Source: an uncultured Gammaproteobacteria bacterium
GTDB lineage: Bacteria > Patescibacteriota > Patescibacteriia > UBA9934
Reading direction: 5' to 3'
Assembly: GCA_964355955.1 (NCBI GenBank)
Contig: CAYHFQ010000001.1
Coordinates: forward strand, 103,419-167,418
DNA length: 64,000 bases
In this document: in pieces, positions 56,453 to 64,000 of the stretch
Numbering within the stretch: the stretch's first letter is position 1
Layout: each line of letters starts with the position of its first letter
Translations under genes and position numbers: made by a program
The notes under the pieces: generated by a model
What the model saw: the letters and a program-made list of their open reading frames with translations, nothing else
What the model was told of the DNA's origin: nothing
The model's database searches: none

Positions 56453-57496
56453 TTAATTTCGGGGATAGTCATACCCGAGGTCGGTGTAGTCGCGAACACT
56501 CGCGGTACGGCCGCGGGGGGTGCGTTCGAGGAAGCCGATTTGCAGGAGGAAGGGCTCGTAGATTTCTTCGATGGTGGCCATTTCTTCTTGGGTGGCGGCG
56601 GCCAAGGTGGTGAGGCCGACGGGGCCACCGGCGAACTTCTCGATGATGGTGGTGAGGAGGTGTCTGTCGACGTTGTCGAGACCTAATGGGTCAATGGCTA
56701 AAAGGTCGAGGGCGGCGTCGGCGACTTGTTCTGTGACCATACCGTCGTGGAGGATTTCGGCGTAGTCGCGAACACGTTTGAGCAAGCGGTTGGCAATGCG
56801 CGGGGTTCGCCTGGCGCGCGAGGCAATGCGTGAGGCGGCTCCTGTGGCTAATTGTACGCCTAAAATGCCGGCGCTGCGAGCCATGATGCGGCCGATTTCT
56901 TCGTCGGTGTAAAAGTCGAGGTGGTAAGTGGTGCCAAAGCGGTCGCGAAGTGGGGCAGAAAGCATGGAAAGGCGAGTAGTGGCGCCGATGATGGTGAAGG
57001 GGGCGAGGTCGAGGCGGAGGGTGCGGGCGCTTGGCCCTTTGCCGACGACGAGGTCGAGCGCAAAGTCTTCCATGGCGGGGTAGAGGACTTCTTCGATGGC
57101 GTGGTTCATGCGGTGGATTTCGTCGATGAAGAGAACGTCGCCAGCTTCGAGGTTGGTGAGAATGGCGGCCAAGTCGCCGACGCGTTCCAGGGCGGGGCCT
57201 GAGGTGACCTTTACTTTGGCGCCCATTTCGCCGCCGATGATATGGGCTAAGGTGGTTTTGCCGAGACCTGGGTTGCCGTAGAGAAGGACGTGTTCTAATG
57301 GAGCGCCACGCTTTTTGGCAGCGCCCATGAAGATGGTGAGGCTGTTTTTAAGATCTTCCTGGCCGACAAAGTCTTGCAAAGCGGCGGGGCGTAAGCCAAT
57401 TTCAAAGCGAGCCTCGTCGTTTTTAGCGGCTGGGGCGACCAGGGCTTCATCGTTACTCATTTCGTCCGCTTCAATCATAGTAGGTATATTGTACAC
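56453..57496 (-). CDS. ruvB: Holliday junction branch-migration helicase RuvB
   Basis: Walker A GNPGLGKTTLAHII, Walker B LFIDEIHR, sensor and winged-helix regions. 347 aa. Confidence 0.92.
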   Translation of the reverse strand: MYNIPTMIEADEMSNDEALVAPAAKNDEARFEIGLRPAALQDFVGQEDLKNSLTIFMGAAKKRGAPLEHVLLYGNPGLGKTTLAHIIGGEMGAKVKVTSGPALERVGDLAAILTNLEAGDVLFIDEIHRMNHAIEEVLYPAMEDFALDLVVGKGPSARTLRLDLAPFTIIGATTRLSMLSAPLRDRFGTTYHLDFYTDEEIGRIMARSAGILGVQLATGAASRIASRARRTPRIANRLLKRVRDYAEILHDGMVTEQVADAALDLLAIDPLGLDNVDRHLLTTIIEKFAGGPVGLTTLAAATQEEMATIEEIYEPFLLQIGFLERTPRGRTASVRDYTDLGYDYPRN

Positions 57497-57561
57497 TATC
57501 CGTGGGGCTCTTTGCCTTTTTCTATAATAATAGTAGACTGTAGCTGTTCACGAGTTACCCA

Positions 57562-57647
57562 GCCGGGGTGGCGAAATGGTATACGCAAGACACTTAAAAT
57601 GTCTGGATCGTAAGGTCGTGCGGGTTCGACTCCCGCCCCTGGCACCA
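57562..57647 (+). tRNA. tRNA-Leu (TAA)
   Basis: GCCGGGGTGGCGAAATGGTATACGCAAGACACTTAAAATGTCT...GCGGGTTCGACTCCCGCCCCTGGCACCA: type II long variable arm, anticodon loop CTTAAAA, encoded CCA. Confidence 0.85.
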
Positions 57648-57662
57648 AGTTTTTAAAATATT

Positions 57663-58157
57663 ATGGATAAGCAATACCGTCCGAATGCCGCCGTGTTAAT
57701 TACCGATGGTAGCGGGCGGATTTTGTTGTGTGAGAGAATCGATACAGCCCCCTCCATCTCCCCCATGGCTGGGGGAGGGTTACAAGTGCAAACGGTGCAG
57801 GGTGGTGTCGACCATGGTGAGACGGCTAGAGAGGCGGCGGTGAGAGAGGTTCGTGAAGAAGTTGGGTTAAAGCCGGAGCAGTTTACGATCATTGCGGAAC
57901 AGGCGGAGAAGTTTAGGTATGAATGGCCCGAGGATTATAAGGCGAGATTCCCGCCGGGCATTGTGGATGAATTTGTGGGGCAAGAGCAGACCTTCTTTTT
58001 GGCGCAGGTGGAGCCTGACGTGGTTTTCGACTTAGAAACGCATCACCCGGAGTTTAGCAGGGTATGGTGGGGGAGTCCGCAGGAATTGGTTGACCAGTGT
58101 TGGGAGGTGAAGAGACCGGGGATAGAGAGGGCGTTAAAGGATTTTGGATTGCTGTAA
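57663..58157 (+). CDS. NUDIX hydrolase (RppH-like)
   Basis: Nudix box GGVDHGETAREAAVREVREEVGL. Contains the in-frame palindromic element (TAPSISPMAGGGL) upstream of the Nudix box. Confidence 0.8.
   Translation: MDKQYRPNAAVLITDGSGRILLCERIDTAPSISPMAGGGLQVQTVQGGVDHGETAREAAVREVREEVGLKPEQFTIIAEQAEKFRYEWPEDYKARFPPGIVDEFVGQEQTFFLAQVEPDVVFDLETHHPEFSRVWWGSPQELVDQCWEVKRPGIERALKDFGLL
57747..57779. repeat. Palindromic element inserted in frame in the NUDIX gene
   Basis: GCCCCCTCCATCTCCCCCATGGCTGGGGGAGGG. Read on the plus strand as APSISPMAGGG. Confidence 0.75.
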
Positions 58158-58162
58158 TGATA

Positions 58163-58981
58163 TTAGCGCACTTCGATGATGGGTGTGCCGGCGGCGGGGG
58201 TGTAGAGCGTGGCGCAGTGATTTTTGTAGAGGAGTTTGTCTGAGAGAAGTCGGCCAGTGCGCTTGTTGAAGCTTTTGCGATAAATAGCGTTCTCGCGGAA
58301 GATGCGGTCAGTTTTTTTGGATTGGGTGAAACGGTGGCCTACTTCATGGATTTTGTAGGAGATGGGGGTGAGGGCAGAAGAGCGAATTTCACCGCGTAGA
58401 TGAGTAGCGTCGACGGCAATAGTTATTTGGAAGGTGAGTTTGGTAGGATTGTAAAATTGGAGGTCGACGTAGTTGTAATAAACAGCAGCGCCAGTGCCGA
58501 AGGGCAGGACGCGACCGGAGTCGGGGAAGATGTCGTAACTGTGACGATGACGTTCGGTAACAACAAGCGGGGAATGAAGAGCCATCCAGTAGAGTAAATT
58601 TGCTGATTGACAGAGGCCGCCGCCGATGCCTTCCATGACTTTGCCGTTACTCAGCAGCATACCGGTAACGTAGCCCTTTTGTTTGGTAGCCCAGCCGATA
58701 GTGCGCCAAAAAGAGAAGGTTTCGCCTGGTTTGATGATGATATTATTGATTTTGGCGGAGGCGAGTCTGAGATTAATTATTTTGTTTTGTTGGAGGCGTT
58801 GGTCTGAGTCGCCAAGCTTGCGGAGAAGGACGGATTCGTGGGAGGCGACATGATACGGAAGAGGTATTGCTTGCTTGGTGGTAGCGAGATTCTGGACGAA
58901 GACCCACCGTAGCCAACGTAATAGGCGATAACGCCAAATACTAACAATATAAAGAAAAGGGAACCGTTGACCAAGTTTCAT
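58163..58981 (-). CDS. VanW-family protein
   Basis: VanW motifs IIKPGETFSFWRTIG...GYV...GGGLCQSANLLYW. Real start probably ATG 58979-58981 (MKLGQRFPFLYIV). The His-rich N-terminal extension in the track ORF (to 59137) overlaps the CapA gene and is judged spurious. Confidence 0.7.
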   Translation of the reverse strand: MKLGQRFPFLYIVSIWRYRLLRWLRWVFVQNLATTKQAIPLPYHVASHESVLLRKLGDSDQRLQQNKIINLRLASAKINNIIIKPGETFSFWRTIGWATKQKGYVTGMLLSNGKVMEGIGGGLCQSANLLYWMALHSPLVVTERHRHSYDIFPDSGRVLPFGTGAAVYYNYVDLQFYNPTKLTFQITIAVDATHLRGEIRSSALTPISYKIHEVGHRFTQSKKTDRIFRENAIYRKSFNKRTGRLLSDKLLYKNHCATLYTPAAGTPIIEVR

Positions 58982-58983
58982 AA

Positions 58984-60000
58984 TTAATTGCGGTTCCAAG
59001 TTTGAGTAGCGGGGACGGGGAAGGTGCCGAGGGAAGGTTGGCGGTTGTGGATGCTGATGGCGACGGGGGTGATGGTGATGTTTGTGTCGGTGATAGTGAT
59101 TTGCAGCATCATGCCCTGAGTGGTGGCGACCGACCAATCTTGGTCGAAGACGAAGTTGCCGAGGGAGTAAGCGACGGGAATGCCGCTGACGGTATTGATT
59201 GGCTCGATGATGTGCGGATGAGCACCGACGATGAGATCCGCACCGGCATCGACGAACATTTGAGCAGCGTCGACCTGGGCGGGGGAGGGTTCAATTTGAT
59301 ACTCGTTGCCCCAGTGTGGCATGACGATGACGAAGTTGCCGGCGGCTTTTTCTGCGATGATGGCAGTAGCGATTGTTTGAGGCTCTTCGAGAAAGGCGTG
59401 GAAGCCGATGAGGGCTATGTTCAGGCCCCCACTAACTCCCCCATAGCTGGGGGAGGACTTCCAGTGGACGATGTGAAGTTGGCTCTCGACTGGGTCGCCG
59501 AAAGTTTGCAGGCCGAGATTGGTTAGAGCTTGATGGGTAGCTGTAGTGACTGCTGAACCGAAGTCGTCACCGTGGTTGTTGGCGAGGGAGAGATTTGTGA
59601 AGCCAGCGTTTTTGAGGCCGACTATGGAGGATGGCAGGGTGTCGAAGGCTAAGACCTCGCCTTCGTAGCGATAGGCGTCACGAATGGTACTTTCGAAGTT
59701 GCCGATAACGAGGTCGGAACCTGACCATTGATCTTTGATGGCGGCGAAGGGATAGTCGACGCCGTTTTTGATGATGGCTTTCTCGACTTCGCGAGCCAGC
59801 ATGATGTCGCCGACGAAGGTGATTTTAACAGAGGAAGGGGTGGTAGATGGTAGATTGTAGAAAGTAGAAGGCTCAGTAATCGAGTTTGAAGTTGTTTTGT
59901 CAGAAGCTGAGGAGGTGCTGGCGGTGACAGCAAAGCCGGCCCAGATGAAAATGAGGGGGAGAAAGATAAGGCCGAAAATGAGGGGGAGGCGACGAAACAT
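58984..60000 (-). CDS. CapA/PgsA-family metallophosphatase (poly-gamma-glutamate synthesis-like)
   Basis: MPHWGNEYQ...DAGADLIVGAHPHIIEP motifs. Start ATG 59998-60000 (MFRRLPLIFG signal anchor). The track ORF extends over the tRNA-Gly gene and is trimmed. Contains the in-frame palindromic element (SSPSYGGVSGGL). Confidence 0.75.
   Translation of the reverse strand: MFRRLPLIFGLIFLPLIFIWAGFAVTASTSSASDKTTSNSITEPSTFYNLPSTTPSSVKITFVGDIMLAREVEKAIIKNGVDYPFAAIKDQWSGSDLVIGNFESTIRDAYRYEGEVLAFDTLPSSIVGLKNAGFTNLSLANNHGDDFGSAVTTATHQALTNLGLQTFGDPVESQLHIVHWKSSPSYGGVSGGLNIALIGFHAFLEEPQTIATAIIAEKAAGNFVIVMPHWGNEYQIEPSPAQVDAAQMFVDAGADLIVGAHPHIIEPINTVSGIPVAYSLGNFVFDQDWSVATTQGMMLQITITDTNITITPVAISIHNRQPSLGTFPVPATQTWNRN
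59425..59456. repeat. Palindromic element inserted in frame in the CapA gene
   Basis: GCCCCCACTAACTCCCCCATAGCTGGGGGAGG. Read on the minus strand as SSPSYGGVSGG. Confidence 0.7.
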
Positions 60001-60030
60001 AAGGAGAGTATAAGCTAGAAAAGGTGAAGT

Positions 60031-60058
60031 AACAAAAAATACCAGCCGAGGCTGGAAT
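60031..60058 (-). terminator. Rho-independent terminator downstream of tRNA-Gly
   Basis: CCAGCCTCGGCTGG hairpin followed by a T-run on the minus strand. Confidence 0.6.
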
Positions 60059-60062
60059 CTTT

Positions 60063-60137
<75 letters not shown>

Positions 60138-60139
60138 CC

Positions 60140-60262
60140 GGTTTAGTCCTTCCGCATTTGGCCTATTTTGGGCTTACAACTGCGCCAACTCGTTCACCGT
60201 ATAGATTACTATACGCCTCACGAGCTTGGCTGGTTGCGCACCCAAACTAGTCTCAAACGTGA
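60140..60262. repeat. Family C intergenic repeat, copy 2 (abuts 5' end of tRNA-Gly)
   Basis: Shares the 5' block TTGGCCTATTTTGGGCTTACAACTGCGCC and the 3' block GCGCACCCAAACTAGTC with copy 1 (10361-10480). The interior is unrelated. Confidence 0.6.
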
Positions 60263-60355
60263 AAGTCCTAAGTTATTGTGAAAGGTTACTATAACCATTT
60301 GCGGGGGAAATATAGCATTGCTTGGGTTTTGCGTCAATTGCCGAGGGTGGCGCGA

Positions 60356-60628
60356 TTATTTGGCGAATTCTAGGCGAGCGACTTTGAGTTCGACGTAGTT
60401 TAGCCGTTCACCATTAACCTTTACTTGTGGATCGAGACGGTCTAGAACTTGCATGTTGTGCAGGGATTGTTGGGCTAACGTCTCTAATAATCCTTCATGT
60501 TGATCTAGTTTTGTTTCATGACGGTTAACGGTAGTGGCAATGACATCTAATAAGGCATCGGTATGATCAAAACGAAGCATAAGGACGTCGTAAAGCTCGG
60601 CGATGGTTGTTGGTTTAGTATTAAGCAT
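60356..60628 (-). CDS. Hypothetical small coiled-coil protein (90 aa)
   Basis: ORF only. Confidence 0.4.
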   Translation of the reverse strand: MLNTKPTTIAELYDVLMLRFDHTDALLDVIATTVNRHETKLDQHEGLLETLAQQSLHNMQVLDRLDPQVKVNGERLNYVELKVARLEFAK

Positions 60629-60712
60629 AGAGATTATTATTTTTTATTATAGCACTTCGGGGGAGGAGAGCTAGAGCTGCTCTTCCTCCCCGTTTGGGCT
60701 ATTTAGTTCCGG

Positions 60713-60958
60713 TTAAGCAGCAACGGCGACCTGAACACCAGCACCTTTTTTAGCCTGCTGTGCGTGCAGCCAGGCAACACCACTTTTACAGCCGGCTTTG
60801 AATTGTTCGCGAGCAACTTCCAGGGTGAGAATGCGGAATTCTGTGCTGATATCTTCTGGGAGATCAAAACGTCGGACGACTTCTTGAACTTTGTCGACGA
60901 GGGTGAAGTACCAACCTGGTTTACCTGCAGTAGCTGAAGTTGCTTTTTGGATGGCCAT
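60713..60958 (-). CDS. Hypothetical small protein (81 aa)
   Basis: ORF only. Confidence 0.4.
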   Translation of the reverse strand: MAIQKATSATAGKPGWYFTLVDKVQEVVRRFDLPEDISTEFRILTLEVAREQFKAGCKSGVAWLHAQQAKKGAGVQVAVAA

Positions 60959-60969
60959 ATAATTTATAG

Positions 60970-63507
60970 TTAGACGGAAGGAATCAGAGTGCGTGATTTA
61001 GTGAACCAGTAACCGAAGGCACCGAGAGAGCTAGCTACAAGACCGCCACCAGCTAGAGGTTTAAGAGGGATGGGGGTTGAATGTTTAGTGTTAGCGGCAG
61101 CAGAGATAGCGGCGGAATGATCTTCGACAACATCGGCAGTAGTGCGAGGCATGAGAACGTCTTCATTGCCTAAGTGGCGGAGAATGCCGGTGATGGTTAG
61201 CTCCGAGGAGGTGAGGGACGACCAAATGATGCCAGTGGTTTTGTAGGCGTCGATAATGACGTCGTGGCCGTCGACTTTGAGAGTGAGCTTTGAACCATTG
61301 CGAGTAACGACGGTACCGTGAACGGTAATGAGTGATGGTTCGGTTGAGGCGCTGAGGTCGGTTGAGGACGTCAGTTCTGCGTTGCCAGTTATGGTGATAG
61401 CAGAAGCGTTAGATAGTTTAATGCGTTGTTCGCCGTTCGCGGTAGAGGTAATGCCGGTGATGGTGATGATGTCGCCGAGGGCGAGAGCTGGCCAGTCGGC
61501 GTTGTCCATGTAGAGAGTGGCGCCATTAATGAAGGCGATCTGCTTGCCGAAGGTGCCTGGTGTGGCAATGATTGTGCCTTGGTAGGTAACTAGGATGTTG
61601 TCGGCAACGCCCGTGAGGGTGGTGATTAGTTGTGGTGCTTTGCTGACTTTGGTGGATTTCTTTTTGGTTGTTGCTTTAGTAGCTACTTTGGTGACAGATG
61701 TCTTGGTGACAGTTAATTTAGGGGCTGTAATTTGTTTAGTTGTTGATGAAGCGTTGATTGATGTGGTGGTGACTGGAGCGAGTTTAACGGCCGTCCCGCT
61801 CTGATTGGTTATTGGGTTTGTGTCACCACTCAGGGCAGAGGTGGTTAAAGTTGAGCTTTGACTGAGCTCGACGATTACAGGCGGCTCGACTGCTGGTGAG
61901 ACTTCGCTAATAATGGAATTAGACGAGCCTGGAGTTGGGGTGGTGGAGAGGAGCCAAGCGTCACCTGTACGGCTGAGACTTGCGTCGTGTTTAGGGGCGG
62001 CGAGGAATGACGTGCCGTAGCTGACGGTGTCGACGAGTTGACCTGAGGCGTCGAAGAGATTCAGTGTGTCGCCATCGTTGTTGAGTTTGCCACTTGGGTT
62101 CAGAATGGTTTGGTAGCCGCCAGCGAGAATGGTATCGGTGAAAGCTGTGACTTGGCCGGAGGCGTCCGTGATTGAATAGCCGCTCAGTTCGACGTCAACA
62201 GGATTGGGGTTGTAGACTTCCACCCATTCGTCAAAACCGGTACTGGGAGAGGGGAGGAATTCGTTGAGCACGAGGGGCATAAGTGAGGGCTGAGTGGCGG
62301 GTTGGCTGAGTGGCGGGGTGGTGGATTCAGTGATTGATTCGGGGATGATGGGTGTTATGCTTGGCTCGGCGATAACAGGAGAGTCGAGAATTGGTGTTGT
62401 AACAATTGTTTCGAGGATTGGTTCGCTAATTGGCTCGGCGATAGGTGCGGCGACGATTGGAGCTGAGTCAATTATGGGTTCGGTTGTGGTCAGAATAGGC
62501 GTTTCGGTAATGGTTGACGCTTCGACGATGCTGTTCTGATCGGTAGCGGGGGTGTCGACAATTAGCTCGGGTGGGATGGCCTGTACCTCGATGGTGATTA
62601 TAGGATCGGTGGGGATGACAATGATGTCAGTTGAGGCTGCACTTGGTTCGGTGAGAACGACAGGCTCGGGAATAAGTATTGGGTCGGTCACAACTGGCAT
62701 GGGCGTGAGGGTGTCGGTGATGATGAAATCTGGCGTTGGCTCTGCCGGTAAGACATCCGCTGGCCCCTCCATGGCTGGAGGGGGATATTCGGGTGAGGTG
62801 GTGATTGACTCCGTGACAACTGGCTCGGGAGAAACGAGGGTATTGATGATTGGTTCGGGGATTGGTGCAATCACAGGTTCGACGATCAATGCAGGATCAG
62901 GAATGGGCCCAGTAGTAGTCAGCGGAGCTGCCACTACGGGCTGAACGAAGCCTGGAGAGCCGAGTTGGGTAGCGTCGATGAGGTTGATTGATGAGGAGGG
63001 ATTTTGCCAGGTCAGAGTGGCTAGATTGCGCTCCATGGAGGAGAAGATGGGCGTGGTGCTGCCGTAATCTGGGGTGCCAGCGTCGACTAAACTGTCCACC
63101 ACGAGGTCGGAAGTGTCGAGAAGTGAGAGGGTTAATTTAGTGTTCGGCAGGCTAATGGCGGTTGTCACATAATCGGCCTGATTGACGAGGGTGGAGACAT
63201 CGCTCGGGGCGTAGTTGGCGATGAGGAAGGTACTGTAAGCGGGTATGGTTGACCCTTGGGGGAGGGTTAGATTAGTGCTGCTCGTGCCAGCGCCGGTTAT
63301 GTTCCATCCACTGAGATCGATGGGGCTTCCTCCAAGATTGGCCAGCTCCAGCCACTCGTCGGAGCTATTTCGCAGGCTTCCTCCCCAGTCCACTTCCGAG
63401 AAGAAGATTCCTGGTGGTGGCTCCGCCGCACGGGCGGATAGAGTAAGCAGAGGGGACAGCAACCCGACAAATACAAAGCTTGTGCAGAGGACATATAATG
63501 ATTTCAT
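60970..63507 (-). CDS. Large secreted surface protein with two lamin-tail-domain (LTD)-like modules, Pro/Thr/Ile/Glu-rich linker, and a C-terminal Gly-rich + hydrophobic + basic tail
   Basis: Signal peptide MKSLYVLCTSFVFVGLLSPLLTLSARA. LTD-like segments (FSEVDWGGS...DEWLELANLGGSPIDLSGWNITG and LNEFLPSPSTGFDEWVEVYNPNPVDVELSGYSITD). C-terminus ...PLKPLAGGGLVASSLGAFGYWFTKSRTLIPSV. Contains a short variant of the palindromic element (PPPAMEGP). Confidence 0.7.
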   Translation of the reverse strand: MKSLYVLCTSFVFVGLLSPLLTLSARAAEPPPGIFFSEVDWGGSLRNSSDEWLELANLGGSPIDLSGWNITGAGTSSTNLTLPQGSTIPAYSTFLIANYAPSDVSTLVNQADYVTTAISLPNTKLTLSLLDTSDLVVDSLVDAGTPDYGSTTPIFSSMERNLATLTWQNPSSSINLIDATQLGSPGFVQPVVAAPLTTTGPIPDPALIVEPVIAPIPEPIINTLVSPEPVVTESITTSPEYPPPAMEGPADVLPAEPTPDFIITDTLTPMPVVTDPILIPEPVVLTEPSAASTDIIVIPTDPIITIEVQAIPPELIVDTPATDQNSIVEASTITETPILTTTEPIIDSAPIVAAPIAEPISEPILETIVTTPILDSPVIAEPSITPIIPESITESTTPPLSQPATQPSLMPLVLNEFLPSPSTGFDEWVEVYNPNPVDVELSGYSITDASGQVTAFTDTILAGGYQTILNPSGKLNNDGDTLNLFDASGQLVDTVSYGTSFLAAPKHDASLSRTGDAWLLSTTPTPGSSNSIISEVSPAVEPPVIVELSQSSTLTTSALSGDTNPITNQSGTAVKLAPVTTTSINASSTTKQITAPKLTVTKTSVTKVATKATTKKKSTKVSKAPQLITTLTGVADNILVTYQGTIIATPGTFGKQIAFINGATLYMDNADWPALALGDIITITGITSTANGEQRIKLSNASAITITGNAELTSSTDLSASTEPSLITVHGTVVTRNGSKLTLKVDGHDVIIDAYKTTGIIWSSLTSSELTITGILRHLGNEDVLMPRTTADVVEDHSAAISAAANTKHSTPIPLKPLAGGGLVASSLGAFGYWFTKSRTLIPSV
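62764..62784. repeat. Short variant of the palindromic element in the LTD surface-protein gene
   Basis: CCCCTCCATGGCTGGAGGGGG (stem CCCCTCCA / TGGAGGGG, loop TGGC). Read on the minus strand as PPPAMEGP. Confidence 0.6.
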
Positions 63508-63552
63508 AGGAGATTAAATTGTGAATGAACGGCGCGCCGGCAAAGCAAACTC

Positions 63553-63606
63553 CCCGTAGTTCAAAACAACATACGGGGAGGTATGGGGCTTCGAACTACG
63601 GGGAGT
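63553..63606. other. Long perfect inverted repeat (13 bp arms, ~28 nt spacer)
   Basis: CTCCCCGTAGTTC ... GAACTACGGGGAG, upstream of the LTD-protein gene start. Confidence 0.5.
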
Positions 63607-63745
63607 AGTTTGTAGTTATATTGTCCCAAGCACACGAAATGTCGTCAAGCGATTTGATGGTGGATAAGTGGTCTACCTCAGACGTATACGTTTGACGTAG
63701 ACCAGAACATTGCAAAATTGGCCAGAAAAAGTATGATACTGCCAC

Positions 63746-63826
63746 GGGCGGATGGTGAAATGGTAGACACGCATGCCTTAGGAGCATGTGCCGCAAGGTA
63801 TGAGAGTTCGAGTCTCTCTCCGCCCA
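63746..63826 (+). tRNA. tRNA-Leu (TAG)
   Basis: GGGCGGATGGTGAAATGGTAGACACGCATGCCTTAGGAGCATG TGCCGCAAGGTATG AGAGTTCGAGTCTCTCTCCGCCCA: type II variable arm, anticodon loop CTTAGGA, acceptor GGGCGGA/TCCGCCC. CCA is not encoded. Confidence 0.8.
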
Positions 63827-63975
63827 GAGCGACTTTACCCAGCGGTCTACCGCGCGGGTTCGTAACGAACTAGCTCACCCTTGCTCGCGACACGCTGGCC
63901 AGTCGCTTCGCCTCGCTGAAGCTCGGCGGGGGCTCGGGAGCTCGACTTGCTCCGCATTCAAACTCATCACAAAAC
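63827..63975. repeat. Family B repeat, copy 2 (abuts 3' end of tRNA-Leu), with a family-C-like 3' module
   Basis: About 80% identical to 44449-44558. Ends CTTGCTCCGCATTCAAACTC, resembling the 3' module of family C (CTTGCTCCGCACCCAAACTAG) and of family A (TTGCTCCTACAAGGCTCAG). Confidence 0.6.
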
Positions 63976-64000
63976 TGAAAGTTTTCTATTGATCCTGTTG

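Noticed and set aside
58982-59137. His-rich N-terminal extension of the VanW ORF (MVGRHHSGHDAANHYHRHKHHHH…)
   Set aside because: It overlaps the 3' end of the CapA gene in another frame. The internal ATG at 58979-58981 starts a normal N-terminus.

Overview
This 64 kb window is the chromosomal origin region of a small-genome bacterium. Gene content and ~50% GC suggest Patescibacteria/CPR, but that is an inference, not a database result. The start shows the order rnpA-rpmH | DnaA boxes | dnaA | DnaA-box cluster | dnaN. Most of the window is housekeeping and envelope genes: a class A PBP, a D,D-carboxypeptidase, a SpoIID/LytB-domain protein, a VanW-like protein, CapA, galU, a PGI/PMI, pyrB, ruvB, a NUDIX hydrolase, an IscS-ferredoxin-flavoreductase redox cluster, a Wzx flippase, an O-antigen-ligase-like protein, an OmpR/HK two-component pair, and MFS and AzgA-type transporters. 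Five tRNA genes are present (Cys-GCA, Ser-CGA, Leu-TAA, Gly-GCC, Leu-TAG). Less ordinary content: (1) a tandem array of six paralogous small secreted proteins with two C-terminal hydrophobic helices, resembling VirB2/TrbC T4SS pilins, followed by a ~3.8 kb GC-rich (~60%) island that is probably horizontally acquired; (2) a second GC-rich two-gene cassette; (3) a low-GC segment next to tRNA-Ser that encodes a cytidine-deaminase-fold protein with an N-terminal extension plus two unknowns; (4) two RelE/ParE-type toxin-antitoxin pairs; (5) a GH6-family glycoside hydrolase; (6) three families of dispersed, structured, mosaic intergenic repeats, one of which shows compensatory base changes that preserve a long hairpin; (7) a ~33 bp palindromic element inserted in frame into five unrelated protein-coding genes and once intergenically. 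No CRISPR array, rRNA, integrase or transposase was seen.
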